A DNA stretch of 42,475 nucleotides from an uncultured bacterium (GTDB lineage Bacteria > Vulcanimicrobiota > Xenobia > Xenobiales > Xenobiaceae): the NCBI GenBank assembly GCA_900313515.1, contig OMRK01000196.1, positions 1 through 42,475 of the forward strand. Reading direction: 5' to 3'. The position numbers were made by a program, and so were the translations under genes. The notes beneath the pieces are model-generated. The model saw only the letters and a list, made by a program, of their open reading frames with translations, made no database searches and had not been told where the DNA came from. Shown here piece by piece: positions 8,416 to 17,564 of the stretch (position 1 is the stretch's first letter; the number at the start of each line of letters is the position of its first letter).

Positions 8416-9882
8416 ATGGAAATGTTTGGTAAGTGGTTTAGAAACAGACGCAAAGCAGATAACTCTTCAAGTAGCGATAAATCAACCCCCAGCCAGGAAA
8501 ATTCCTGCGTCCAGCAGGAGCCATCCGGCACTCAGCAAGTTCAAGACTCCTCCTCGCCCGATCCGGCAACACCTGGTTCCATCTCGCAAACCAGCTCTCT
8601 CCCAACCCAAGTGGCAGAACAGGGTCAAGACAGTTCCGAATGCACAACTCAACCTTCAAATTTGAGCTTGGAGCGAAATTCATCCGAATTTGTGGCTGCT
8701 GAGCAGAGTTCAAATGATACAAGCCAGGCAATTGCAAGCGATAAAGAGCCTGAAGCTTCAGCCTCCCAGAGTCCTACCCAAGGCGGCCTGCGTTCACTGT
8801 GGGAAGGCGCCCGCAGGCTAGCTCTCACTCCGGTCGATCCCTGGTTTAGCAAGGTCGCTCAAAGTCTGGATAAAACCCGCCAGCAGCTCGTGCATCAGGT
8901 GAGCAATTTATTCACCTCTTCTAAGCGCATAGATGAAGAATTCTGGGAGGAATTGGAAGACATTCTGCTCACTGCCGACGTTGGAGTCGGAGCCTCCACC
9001 CGCATATTAGATGAGTTACAAAAAGTCCAGAAGGAAAAGAGGATAAAAGAGCCAGAGGCTCTGTTTGACGAGCTTAAGGTCATAGTCGGAAAAATTTTGC
9101 GTATAAATGACTTAAAGGCTGATATTGACGGGAATAGCAATACAGACAGGGATGGCGAAGACAAAAATCGCGATACACTCGGCCTCCGCTTATCTCGCGA
9201 GCACCTGAACGTCATCATGATGGTCGGCGTAAACGGCGTCGGTAAGACAACGACAACTGCAAAACTTGCTGCCAAATTCAAGCAAGAAGGTTTCAAAGTC
9301 ATTTTGGCGGCGGCCGACACCTTTAGAGCCGCTGCAGTAGATCAATTGCAGGTCTGGGCGCATAGGGTCGGCGTAGATCTTGTACGTCACCAAGAAGGTT
9401 CCGATCCTGGCGCAGTCGTTTTCGATGCCATTAAGGCCGCCCAAGCCAGGCATTGTAATGTGGTCCTTATCGATACGGCCGGTAGGTTGCACAACAAGGC
9501 CCATCTCATGGAAGAGCTGCGCAAAATCAGAAGAGTTGCCGACAAGGCTTGCCCGGGTGCTCCTCAGGAGACGCTCCTAGTGCTGGATGCTACCACCGGC
9601 CAAAATGCCCTTGAACAGACCAAAATCTTCAATCAAATCACCGAGCTTACCGGCTTAGTTATGTGCAAGCTCGACGGCACGGGCAAGGGTGGTATCGTCA
9701 TAGCCATAGGCCAAGAATTCAATATTCCGGTGCGCTACATAGGCGTGGGCGAGGCCGTTGAAGATCTGCGCGAATTTGATCCTAGTCAATTTTTAGAGGC
9801 TCTATTTGCCGAACCGGCCAGCTACAAGGAACTGGAGAAGCAATTCAGCCACACAGAGCAATCTGATGATGCTGACAGGTAG
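8416..9882 (+). CDS. ftsY: Signal recognition particle receptor FtsY
   Basis: NG domain motifs GVNGVGKTTTTAKLA, AADTFRAAAVDQL, DTAGRLHNK and CKLDGTGKGG. The N-terminal A domain is a long Ser/Gln/Glu-rich region. Confidence 0.93.
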   Translation: MEMFGKWFRNRRKADNSSSSDKSTPSQENSCVQQEPSGTQQVQDSSSPDPATPGSISQTSSLPTQVAEQGQDSSECTTQPSNLSLERNSSEFVAAEQSSNDTSQAIASDKEPEASASQSPTQGGLRSLWEGARRLALTPVDPWFSKVAQSLDKTRQQLVHQVSNLFTSSKRIDEEFWEELEDILLTADVGVGASTRILDELQKVQKEKRIKEPEALFDELKVIVGKILRINDLKADIDGNSNTDRDGEDKNRDTLGLRLSREHLNVIMMVGVNGVGKTTTTAKLAAKFKQEGFKVILAAADTFRAAAVDQLQVWAHRVGVDLVRHQEGSDPGAVVFDAIKAAQARHCNVVLIDTAGRLHNKAHLMEELRKIRRVADKACPGAPQETLLVLDATTGQNALEQTKIFNQITELTGLVMCKLDGTGKGGIVIAIGQEFNIPVRYIGVGEAVEDLREFDPSQFLEALFAEPASYKELEKQFSHTEQSDDADR

Positions 9883-9894
9883 CTTTATCTGGTC

Positions 9895-10668
9895 ATGCCT
9901 AAGCTCTATTCGAAAAATGCCCTGCGCAAAATAGCTGGCTTATGCTTGAAATCGGCAGATGTGCTCATGGCCTCCGGTGCCGAAACCGCCCGGGTAGAAA
10001 CTACGGTAAACCACATAGGTCGAGCCTGCAAGGTGCACGTGGAAAGCTACGCCACTCCCACGGGAATAACCGTTACTGTTGGTGATGACCGCACCATAAC
10101 CATTGTTACCCGCGTCAGAAACCGCACCATCGACCTAGACAAGGTTGTGGCCATCAACAACATTTCACGTAACCTGGCCACCGGAAAGATAGCATTTCAA
10201 ACTGCCGACAAGGCTGTAGATGAAGTGATCCGTCGGCCGAGGCTCTACAGCGACACCATCATATACATTTTTCAAGCCATCTGCTGCGCAGGCTTTGCCC
10301 TCCTCATAGATGGCCACCTGGCTTCGATTGTGCCCGCTCTGCTGGTCGGACTGTTGGCTACATACATGGCTGAGAAATGCAGTACCCTACCTCCGTTTCT
10401 GATGGTCTTCTTAAACGCTCTGGCTGTAACAGTTTTTGCTGATGCCTGCATGTTCTTTGACCTGGGCATAACCCACAAAGCCATAGTGATTGCCGGAATG
10501 GTTCCTCTCCTGCCCGGTCTTTCTTTAACCAATGCTATAGCCGATCTTATGGCCGGTGAGCTACTGGCTGGCATAGCCAGGACCACAGATTCTATGCTAG
10601 TGGCAGCGGCACTGGCGGCTGGTGCGGCAGTCGGAATAAGCTTAGGACAGTTTTTGCCATGGATGTAA
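9895..10668 (+). CDS. Threonine/serine exporter family protein (ThrE N-terminal/DUF1212-type half)
   Basis: LMASGAETARVETTVNHIG motif followed by several TM segments. It is paired with the adjacent DUF3815-type half. Confidence 0.75.
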   Translation: MPKLYSKNALRKIAGLCLKSADVLMASGAETARVETTVNHIGRACKVHVESYATPTGITVTVGDDRTITIVTRVRNRTIDLDKVVAINNISRNLATGKIAFQTADKAVDEVIRRPRLYSDTIIYIFQAICCAGFALLIDGHLASIVPALLVGLLATYMAEKCSTLPPFLMVFLNALAVTVFADACMFFDLGITHKAIVIAGMVPLLPGLSLTNAIADLMAGELLAGIARTTDSMLVAAALAAGAAVGISLGQFLPWM

Positions 10669-11342
10669 ACATTGGTGACTTTTTCATAGCCTGGGTTGGG
10701 GCCATCCTCGGCATAGCTGGCAGCGCGGTAACCTTCCGCATACCTGTGCGAGCCCTGTTCGGCTGCGTCATAGCTGGTATCTTAGGCTGGCAGGTGAGTT
10801 ATATGTTGGGCCAGTGGGGAATTGTGCCGGTTTACTGTAGCTTTATGGGTGCAGTCACTATTTCCTTATGCAGTGAGATCCTGGCCCGGGCCATACGTAT
10901 GCCAGCCACCGTTTTTGTGGTGCCCGGCATATTGCCTTTGGTACCTGGAACATTAACCTATGATTCCATGTACTTACTCATTCAAGGTAATTCCGATCAA
11001 GCTTTGGCTGCTGGCATGAAAGCCATGCTCATTGCCAGCGGTATAGCCGGAGGAATGCTCATGGGAACGGCTATTGCTAAAGGTTTTATCAATCCCAGCC
11101 TGCAAAATCTACACGCCAGCCTAAAAGATGACTTTGCTATATCGATACCTGAACTTATCGGAGAAAGCGAAAACGGATCGGAAAAATTTGGACCTGGGCA
11201 AACCTACCCCAAGCCGTTGAGCGCACGCCGAATTCAGCACATCCAAAAGCGCCGTAACAAATATAAACAGGCAGCCGAACGTGCCAGTTCTAAAAAATCA
11301 ACACCTGCTTCCCAAGAGAACAGACGTTCTCCCCTAATTTGA
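10659..11342 (+). CDS. Threonine/serine exporter family protein (ThrE C-terminal/DUF3815-type half) with a basic C-terminal tail
   Basis: Four to five TM helices rich in Gly/Ala/Ile. Overlaps the upstream half by 10 nt. The C-terminal ~70 aa are hydrophilic and Lys/Arg-rich. Confidence 0.7.
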   Translation: MDVNIGDFFIAWVGAILGIAGSAVTFRIPVRALFGCVIAGILGWQVSYMLGQWGIVPVYCSFMGAVTISLCSEILARAIRMPATVFVVPGILPLVPGTLTYDSMYLLIQGNSDQALAAGMKAMLIASGIAGGMLMGTAIAKGFINPSLQNLHASLKDDFAISIPELIGESENGSEKFGPGQTYPKPLSARRIQHIQKRRNKYKQAAERASSKKSTPASQENRRSPLI

Positions 11343-11436
11343 TTTCCACCTCGTTCAGAGAGCCCAGTCTTTGCCCTTCACTATCCGCACCTGTCAGAAA
11401 CAAAAGCAGGGAAGGGGCTTCTAAACAAGAAGCCAA

Positions 11437-11474
11437 ATAAGCTTGTAGTGTTTTGTGAGCGCAAGCTTATTTTC
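11437..11474 (+). terminator. Possible hairpin terminator after the thrE pair
   Basis: Perfect 9-bp inverted repeat, ATAAGCTTG (11437-11445) / CAAGCTTAT (11462-11470), followed by TTTTC. The loop is long (16 nt), so this is weak. Confidence 0.3.
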
Positions 11475-11501
11475 TAGTTCTTTAGGGAAAGGGGTAGCGC
11501 A

Positions 11502-12458
11502 GTGCCAGCTTTGCTTCCGGTAGGAAGCAATCTCCGCAACAGGTACAGAATCCACAGTCCTCTGGCTCAAACTAAGTATTGCAATATTTATGTGGCCCAG
11601 GATGGCCACTTAACCAATAAGTTCTGGGTCATCAAAGAGATCAGCATTTATGGATTCTCACCGGGAGATCGCTCGAAATTGAGCCAGTTGTTTCAGGCAG
11701 AGGCCTATCAAGCCTCCGCTCTGGATCATGTGTGCCTGCCCAAGCTCATCGATTTTTTTGCTCAGGGGCAATGCTTGTACCTGGTGCGCGAATTTGTACC
11801 GGGTTTTGATTTAGCCTCGCTTTTGGAGGGCAGAAGAATCCTTCCAGAGACTGAAATTATCAACGTAGGCATTCAACTTTGCGATCTTCTCAGCTACTTG
11901 CAAAGCAAAAATTCCTTAAATAGCCTTGGTAACGACCTCAAGCTCACCAACATTGTGATGCGCAACGATGGCCGCATTGCCATGCTGGATATAGGTTTTA
12001 CAACGCTTAACGGCATTTTAAAGAGCGGTGAGGAGCAATTGCCAGCCTATCCTCCGCCCGAGCAGTTTACCGGCGCCTTCAGTAGCGAAAACAAAAAACT
12101 CGTCTACATGGTAGGAGCAATCTTGTACAACCTGCTCACCAATGTCAGTCCCAGCGGCGCCTCATTCGGACTGCCCGCTCTAGAAAGCCTGCGCCAAGGA
12201 CTCTCAGCGTCGACTAAATCTACGGTCAGCAAGGCCATGCGCAACGATCCGCGTGATCGTTTCAATAATCTGTCCGACCTGCGCAACGGTTTGGTTAAGT
12301 CTTACCAGATAGCGGCTAAGCGAGCTGGAATGAAACCTACCGGTTCCATGGCCGGAGAGTCCTCGCCTCCGCCCAGCTGGCTTTGGATATTGGGCATGAT
12401 TTTTGCCTGTCTGATAGGTGGGGCAATGGTGGTTATTTATCAGATGTTTTTGAGATAA
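11502..12458 (+). CDS. Atypical Hanks-type Ser/Thr protein kinase-like protein, C-terminally TM-anchored
   Basis: GTG start. Kinase-fold landmarks: WVIKE (VAIK Lys), GNDLKLTNIVM (catalytic loop with HRD changed to GND; Asp and Asn kept), LDIGF (DFG changed to DIG), PPPEQF (APE-like). The Gly-rich loop is absent (LAQTKYCNIY). C-terminal TM segment: WLWILGMIFACLIGGAMVVIY. Confidence 0.75.
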   Translation: MPALLPVGSNLRNRYRIHSPLAQTKYCNIYVAQDGHLTNKFWVIKEISIYGFSPGDRSKLSQLFQAEAYQASALDHVCLPKLIDFFAQGQCLYLVREFVPGFDLASLLEGRRILPETEIINVGIQLCDLLSYLQSKNSLNSLGNDLKLTNIVMRNDGRIAMLDIGFTTLNGILKSGEEQLPAYPPPEQFTGAFSSENKKLVYMVGAILYNLLTNVSPSGASFGLPALESLRQGLSASTKSTVSKAMRNDPRDRFNNLSDLRNGLVKSYQIAAKRAGMKPTGSMAGESSPPPSWLWILGMIFACLIGGAMVVIYQMFLR

Positions 12459-12776
12459 CATATAGGGCTGTCGCATAAAAGATACGGCAGCTCTTCTAGA
12501 TCGGTGTAAATCTAGCCGTGGGGCTGGATTTGGGACTGGGCTGGCTTACAAACGCAGGCGGATTGGGATGTCGGAGAGTGTAAGGGTAGAATCGGTCTAC
12601 GTTACCATCTCAAGATGGCTGGATTCACCAACAACCCAGCGTGTTTTCTCCGAAGGAGCGGAGAGCGACCAGTTTGCCTCCTTGACTTCCACAGCTGCTG
12701 GAAATGTGCTGGTGGAATCGATACCAGTAGGTAAGCTTGGCAAGATGATTTGTAAACCGAAATAAGGCAGGAGCAG

Positions 12777-15554
12777 ATGTTTAATCCAGGTGCGATCATA
12801 GGTACTCATTACAAGGTAGTCCGCCTTTTGGGCCAAGGCGGTATGAGCAACATATACCTTTGTGAAGATACCCATCTTTTCAATAAGGTGTGGGCTGTCA
12901 AGGAATTTACGGCAACCTACGCCGATCCACAGGAGCAAGCCAATGCTTTGGGTAGTTTCGAACGTGAGGCCCGTTTACTGTCTGCTCTTTCGCACCCCAA
13001 CCTGCCGACTATAAACGAGTATTTTCAGTTTCAGGGCCATTATTACCTGGCCATGGAATATTTGAAGGGCAAAGATTTAGGTAAGATTATCGAAGAGAAT
13101 AACGGACCGCTGCCGGAAATGGACGTGGTAGACTGGGGCACCCAGATGGCCACGGTGCTTTATTACCTGCATTGCCAAAAACCCGTGCCCATTATTTTTC
13201 GCGACGTCAAACCTAGCAACATAATTATATTAGACGGCATGGTTAAGCTGATCGACTTCGGCATTGCCCGCCTATTCACCCCCGGTAAGCGTGGCGACAC
13301 CATGCGCATAGGTTCCCCAGGGTACGCTCCTCCCGAGCAGTACAATGGTCAAACCGATCAGCGTTCCGATATCTACGCCCTAGGAGTCACTCTGCACCAG
13401 GCTATAACAGGTAAGGATCCTACGTTATCACCTAATCCCTTCGTCATTCCGCCGGTGCTCACTATTAACCCTCAAGCCTCTCCCCAGTTGGCGGCGATTA
13501 TCGAAAAATCTACTCAGTTGGTTCCCGAAGATCGCTACCAGAGCATGCTGGAGGTCAAACGCGATCTGCGCAATCTCCTGATGTCTAAACGTGGCATGCG
13601 CGGCATGACCACTCCCAATATGGGCGCCGTGCCCCCAAATCTTATGCAGGCGACCGCACCTTTCTCCGTAGCCACTAACGGTCAGACCGCTCCCCAAGGA
13701 GCTCCGGTGGTAGCGGCCAACCAGCTTCCTCCCTCCAATGCGGCAGCTCAACCTGGGCAAGCTCAGCCGTCCGCACCTAGCAACGTCCAGACTCCGGCTG
13801 CACCGGCAGCAGATGGGCTTCGCGGTCGCACCAGCGTGGTCTCCCCTGCCAGCATGCCGCCCACCTCCATCCCTGGTCAGTCAGAAAAAGCTGTTGGTCC
13901 CGGATCTGCAGGTAACCAGAATGTTCCAACAACCGATACCTCCGTTGCGAATAACCGTCCGCAAGCACCACCAGTTATAGTGACGGTAGATGGAGGAATC
14001 CCAGAAGATAGCTTCGGCAGTAAGGTGAAACGTTTTCTTTTCCTGACTGCTAGTTGGGGAATAACCGCTGCCTGTGCGGCAGTGATAGTTGGTTTGTGGA
14101 CTCCCTGGATGCCGACTCCAGCGCCTCTTACCTCCAGTGCCACCCAACTTACGGCTGCCCTGCTACCTAAGCAAGACGGTCTACCACCGCTGTCGGTCGA
14201 TAATTACCGCTCTATTTATCAGTATGCTCCCGATCGTTTGGCTGCAGTTAAGGCCCTAGATGACTACTTAGCAAAGCATGGCGATGATCTTCCCGCCTCT
14301 TTACAGCGCCTCAATTTGGACGTGCTTAAAAGTCAGTATGCCTTAGAAGAAGAGACTCGAGGCGGTCAGACCTGTCTGCGCATGGTTGACAAGTCGTCTT
14401 CCAAGTCTGCTTCACAGCATTCAAATACAGCATCCCGAGCTAGCAGCTTCAAAAAACTCACCGGGGCAGCTAACACGATAGCTGTAATAGTTCCCGAGTC
14501 ACCCGAAGCTGGCGCTCCCGTTCTGCGCGGTGTGCTCGCAGCTCAGAAGGCTTTACAGAATTATCACGGTTTCAGAGGACAGGGAGTGATGATCAATCCC
14601 ATTGTGGAAGATGATCTAAGACAGATAGATTTTCGATTGTCCAGTCAGATTTTTGCCGACGCTCCTATGCCCCAGCCCAACACCTTCAATTCCCAAGCCA
14701 TTCTAAGCTTAACCGACGTAAGTTCAATCTGGCAGGGAAGATCCAAAATTCAGGCTCCTAAGTTTTACACAAAGCTGGATAACTCCAGCAAAAGCGTTAC
14801 CCCTGCAGCAGTAAAAAGCTCCAGTGTCAAAAAAAGTACGGTTCAAATAACCCTGCCAACGCTGGCCGACACTATGGGCGTTTCTGTGCAGCGCAACCAC
14901 CCCACACAGCCTTTCTACACTTTGGACATTCAAGAGATAGCTCCCAAGCTCGCAGTTCTTCCTCAGGCAACCAACAGCAAGGAGCAAACGCCTTCCGAGC
15001 CGGAAAAGGTCAACAGCGGAGACAGCGCCGGTTCAAAATATTTCACAATACCAGATGTCCTCATTCCCAACGCTAAAAAAATTACGATAAAGGGACTGGC
15101 CGAGCAAAAGAAAGGAACTGTTTTTATCACTCTGGGGCAATATTTAGCAGCTAAAAGCAGCCTCCTTGAAGCTAAATTGCCGAAATCGCTACAAATCGTG
15201 ATAATTGTACCATGGATAGAGGCGCTAAAAGGTGAAACCCAGCCAGACGCCTGGGTTAAGAACGGACAGCTACAAGTTTGGTCTCTGCTATCTTACGCCC
15301 ATCCTCACAGTCAAGCAGTTGAACTGCTCAATACCGGGATTATCGACACTCGTGCAGTCAATATTGCCTCGGCCTACGCACAGTTGCAAGCAGCCGATGC
15401 CTTTACACTAGAAGCAGTTGGCTTGCGTAACTCTTCCGGAGTTTTCAAAGGTGTACTGGCCAAGTATGATTCAGGGATCAGCAAATTTGAAACTCTGCCG
15501 TGCCAAAGCTTTGATTGGAAAGCTGATGGCCTGCACCGCCACAACTCACAATGA
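12777..15554 (+). CDS. Membrane Ser/Thr protein kinase (Hanks type) with a Pro/Ala/Gln-rich linker, one TM helix and a ~480-aa ectodomain
   Basis: LGQGGMSNIY (Gly loop), WAVKEF, IIFRDVKPSNIIL, KLIDFGIAR and GSPGYAPPEQ. TM segment: FLFLTASWGITAACAAVIVGLW (about 14037-14102). The ectodomain contains IAVIVPESPEAGAPVLRGVLAAQKALQ...GQGVMINPIVEDD, reminiscent of type 1 periplasmic binding proteins. Confidence 0.9.
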   Translation: MFNPGAIIGTHYKVVRLLGQGGMSNIYLCEDTHLFNKVWAVKEFTATYADPQEQANALGSFEREARLLSALSHPNLPTINEYFQFQGHYYLAMEYLKGKDLGKIIEENNGPLPEMDVVDWGTQMATVLYYLHCQKPVPIIFRDVKPSNIIILDGMVKLIDFGIARLFTPGKRGDTMRIGSPGYAPPEQYNGQTDQRSDIYALGVTLHQAITGKDPTLSPNPFVIPPVLTINPQASPQLAAIIEKSTQLVPEDRYQSMLEVKRDLRNLLMSKRGMRGMTTPNMGAVPPNLMQATAPFSVATNGQTAPQGAPVVAANQLPPSNAAAQPGQAQPSAPSNVQTPAAPAADGLRGRTSVVSPASMPPTSIPGQSEKAVGPGSAGNQNVPTTDTSVANNRPQAPPVIVTVDGGIPEDSFGSKVKRFLFLTASWGITAACAAVIVGLWTPWMPTPAPLTSSATQLTAALLPKQDGLPPLSVDNYRSIYQYAPDRLAAVKALDDYLAKHGDDLPASLQRLNLDVLKSQYALEEETRGGQTCLRMVDKSSSKSASQHSNTASRASSFKKLTGAANTIAVIVPESPEAGAPVLRGVLAAQKALQNYHGFRGQGVMINPIVEDDLRQIDFRLSSQIFADAPMPQPNTFNSQAILSLTDVSSIWQGRSKIQAPKFYTKLDNSSKSVTPAAVKSSSVKKSTVQITLPTLADTMGVSVQRNHPTQPFYTLDIQEIAPKLAVLPQATNSKEQTPSEPEKVNSGDSAGSKYFTIPDVLIPNAKKITIKGLAEQKKGTVFITLGQYLAAKSSLLEAKLPKSLQIVIIVPWIEALKGETQPDAWVKNGQLQVWSLLSYAHPHSQAVELLNTGIIDTRAVNIASAYAQLQAADAFTLEAVGLRNSSGVFKGVLAKYDSGISKFETLPCQSFDWKADGLHRHNSQ

Positions 15555-15698
15555 GATTCCCTCTATTTCAAGATTACCAGGCTTCCGACCGAATAGGATG
15601 GAAGACCTGCTAAATCCCAATAAACGTGGTTACGTTTCAGGTCTGCTCCCCCGGTGGGACAGCTAGATGTTAACTGAAAACGGAGACAGCTCAAGGCT

Positions 15699-16421
15699 AT
15701 GATTTTTAAACGGATTATCTACTGCGTAGCGGCATTTCTGCTGAGTTGTTCCTTGGGGCTTTTCATATCGGGAGACTTGGCTCATGGTTTGGGGCTTCCC
15801 ACCGAAAAGCTGTGGATTAGATTTCTCCTTAGTTTTTTCGTAGGCTTGGTGGGAACACTCATCTTCTATGGTGCCTCTCAGAAGCTTATCCATCTGGCCG
15901 AAGAGACCGATCCAGACTTCACTCAGCAGCAACAACAGTGGGCTTGGCTTAAGCCCGCAGGTGTGGTAGCTCGCTCACCTTACCCGATAAATAAAGAACA
16001 GATTATCATAGGACGTGACATAACTTCCGATATACTACTGTGCAACGACTCCATATCTCGCCGCCATGCTGAAGTGTTGCGCTCTGCCGAAGGATGGAGC
16101 GTCCACGATCTAGGTAGCAGTAACGGAACCTTTGTAAACGGCCAGCGTATAGAAGCGGAAACCCTGCTGGCCGATGGCGATGTAATAACCCTTGGTGATG
16201 TCAACCTGACCTTTGAAGGCCCACGTCGTCCTCTTCCTCAGACTTCTCCCGAGCGGGTAAGCTCCATGCGTCCTATCGATCCCCAGAGCCTCGGCTTGGA
16301 CGATTTGGACACGCAGGTGCAAACATCTTCCACGCTTCCGGTAAACGATCCTAACACCGAAGTATGGCGTCCACGCCCTGACGGCAGTCGCATGCCCAAT
16401 GAATTCCCCGGCAACTACTAA
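15699..16421 (+). CDS. FHA domain-containing membrane protein
   Basis: Two N-terminal TM segments, followed by IIIGRDITSDILLCNDSISRRHAEVLRSAEGWSVHDLGSSNGTFVNGQRI. This is the FHA G-R...S-R-x-H...S-x-N-G-T-x-V-N-G pattern. Confidence 0.88.
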   Translation: MIFKRIIYCVAAFLLSCSLGLFISGDLAHGLGLPTEKLWIRFLLSFFVGLVGTLIFYGASQKLIHLAEETDPDFTQQQQQWAWLKPAGVVARSPYPINKEQIIIGRDITSDILLCNDSISRRHAEVLRSAEGWSVHDLGSSNGTFVNGQRIEAETLLADGDVITLGDVNLTFEGPRRPLPQTSPERVSSMRPIDPQSLGLDDLDTQVQTSSTLPVNDPNTEVWRPRPDGSRMPNEFPGNY

Positions 16422-16433
16422 GCCGACAACGCT

Positions 16434-17564
16434 ATGAGCGATTCCTTCAGCCTTGAGAAACATGTACTGCCGAAAACTTTGATATTTGCCGGTGGTGTGG
16501 GCGGTGCGCGCTTCCACAAAGGTTTTTACGATCTTTTTTACGGTGCTAATCGTGTGAAGCAATCCTTGGGGCCTGATTCGGTAAGCCATGAACGCAACAA
16601 CTTATCAGGTATCACTTGCAAGAAAAGTTCCCCTTATACTGGTTTCCATGACTGTACTCAAAGCGGCTCTAAGCCATGCTTTCCCAGTTTCTCTCCTGAT
16701 TTTCCGCTCCATGCTGTAATCAATACAGGCGATGATTTCGCTTGGATGGGCCTTAAGGTCTGCCCTGACCTGGACACCAACCTTTATACTCTGGCCGAAT
16801 TGAATAACGAAGAGAGAGGCTGGGGATTAAAGAATGACACCTGGTCCGGCCTCTCCATGCTTAAACGCTGGCCAGAGAACCCATGCTGGTTCAATTTAGG
16901 TGATGCCGACCTAGCTTTCAGTCTGGAACGAACCTTACTGTTGCGTGAAGGGCTAAACCTAGCGCAGATCTGCTGTCGACTGGCCGAAGGCCTGGGACTT
17001 AAACCAGAAATATGGCCCATGTGTCTGGAAGAGGTCACCACATATGTAGACACTTATCAAGGTAGCCTGCCTTTTCAAGAATACTTTGTTAAACAAAAGG
17101 CCAAGCCGCTCCCCACCGGATTCACCTACAAAGGTTTAGACAAGGCTAAGCCTTTACCACATCTTTTGGAACTTATTCAGCAGGCCCAGCTCATCCTCAT
17201 CGCTCCGTCCAATCCCTTTGTAAGCATACTGCCTATTTTAGGTTTGGCCGGAATCAAGCCCGCTCTACAGAAAAGCCCGTCTCTAAAAATAGCTATAAGT
17301 CCTCTGGAAGGCGGTCGAGCTTTTAAAGGGCCACTGGTAGAAATGCTGAAAGCGGCTCAACTTCCCGTCTCCGCCTCAGGAGTGGCCCATCTTTACCGTG
17401 ATTGGCTGGACATATTCGTAATGTCATCGGTGGATGCCCCGTTGGGAAGCTCAGTGGAAAAGATGGGTATAAAACCAATCTTTACCGATGTAACACTATC
17501 CAGCCCACAAGACAGAAGCAGATTGACGACCTTCGTTCTCGATATTGCCCAGAAATTTTCCTGA
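16434..17564 (+). CDS. cofD: CofD/FbiA family 2-phospho-L-lactate (or enolpyruvyl-phosphate) transferase homologue
   Basis: IFAGGVGGARF, VINTGDDFAWMGLKVCPDLDTNLYTL, RGWGLKNDTW, WFNLGDADLA, LIAPSNPFVSILPIL and SPLEGGRAFKGP follow the order and wording I recall for M. tuberculosis FbiA/CofD. The PSNP motif argues against the YvcK branch. Starts 12 nt after the FHA gene. A ~30-aa extra segment follows the first Gly-rich motif. Confidence 0.82.
   Translation: MSDSFSLEKHVLPKTLIFAGGVGGARFHKGFYDLFYGANRVKQSLGPDSVSHERNNLSGITCKKSSPYTGFHDCTQSGSKPCFPSFSPDFPLHAVINTGDDFAWMGLKVCPDLDTNLYTLAELNNEERGWGLKNDTWSGLSMLKRWPENPCWFNLGDADLAFSLERTLLLREGLNLAQICCRLAEGLGLKPEIWPMCLEEVTTYVDTYQGSLPFQEYFVKQKAKPLPTGFTYKGLDKAKPLPHLLELIQQAQLILIAPSNPFVSILPILGLAGIKPALQKSPSLKIAISPLEGGRAFKGPLVEMLKAAQLPVSASGVAHLYRDWLDIFVMSSVDAPLGSSVEKMGIKPIFTDVTLSSPQDRSRLTTFVLDIAQKFS

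Noticed and set aside
12459-12776. The 318-nt gap between the two kinases contains listed ORFs (12568-12765 plus strand; 12597-12938 and 12602-12799 minus strand) and short repeats (GCTGGATT twice, GCTGG three times). I considered a small gene or an sRNA.
   Set aside because: The ORFs have no RBS and an implausible composition, and the minus-strand ones run into the kinase gene. The repeats are too short to distinguish from chance. I left the gap unannotated.
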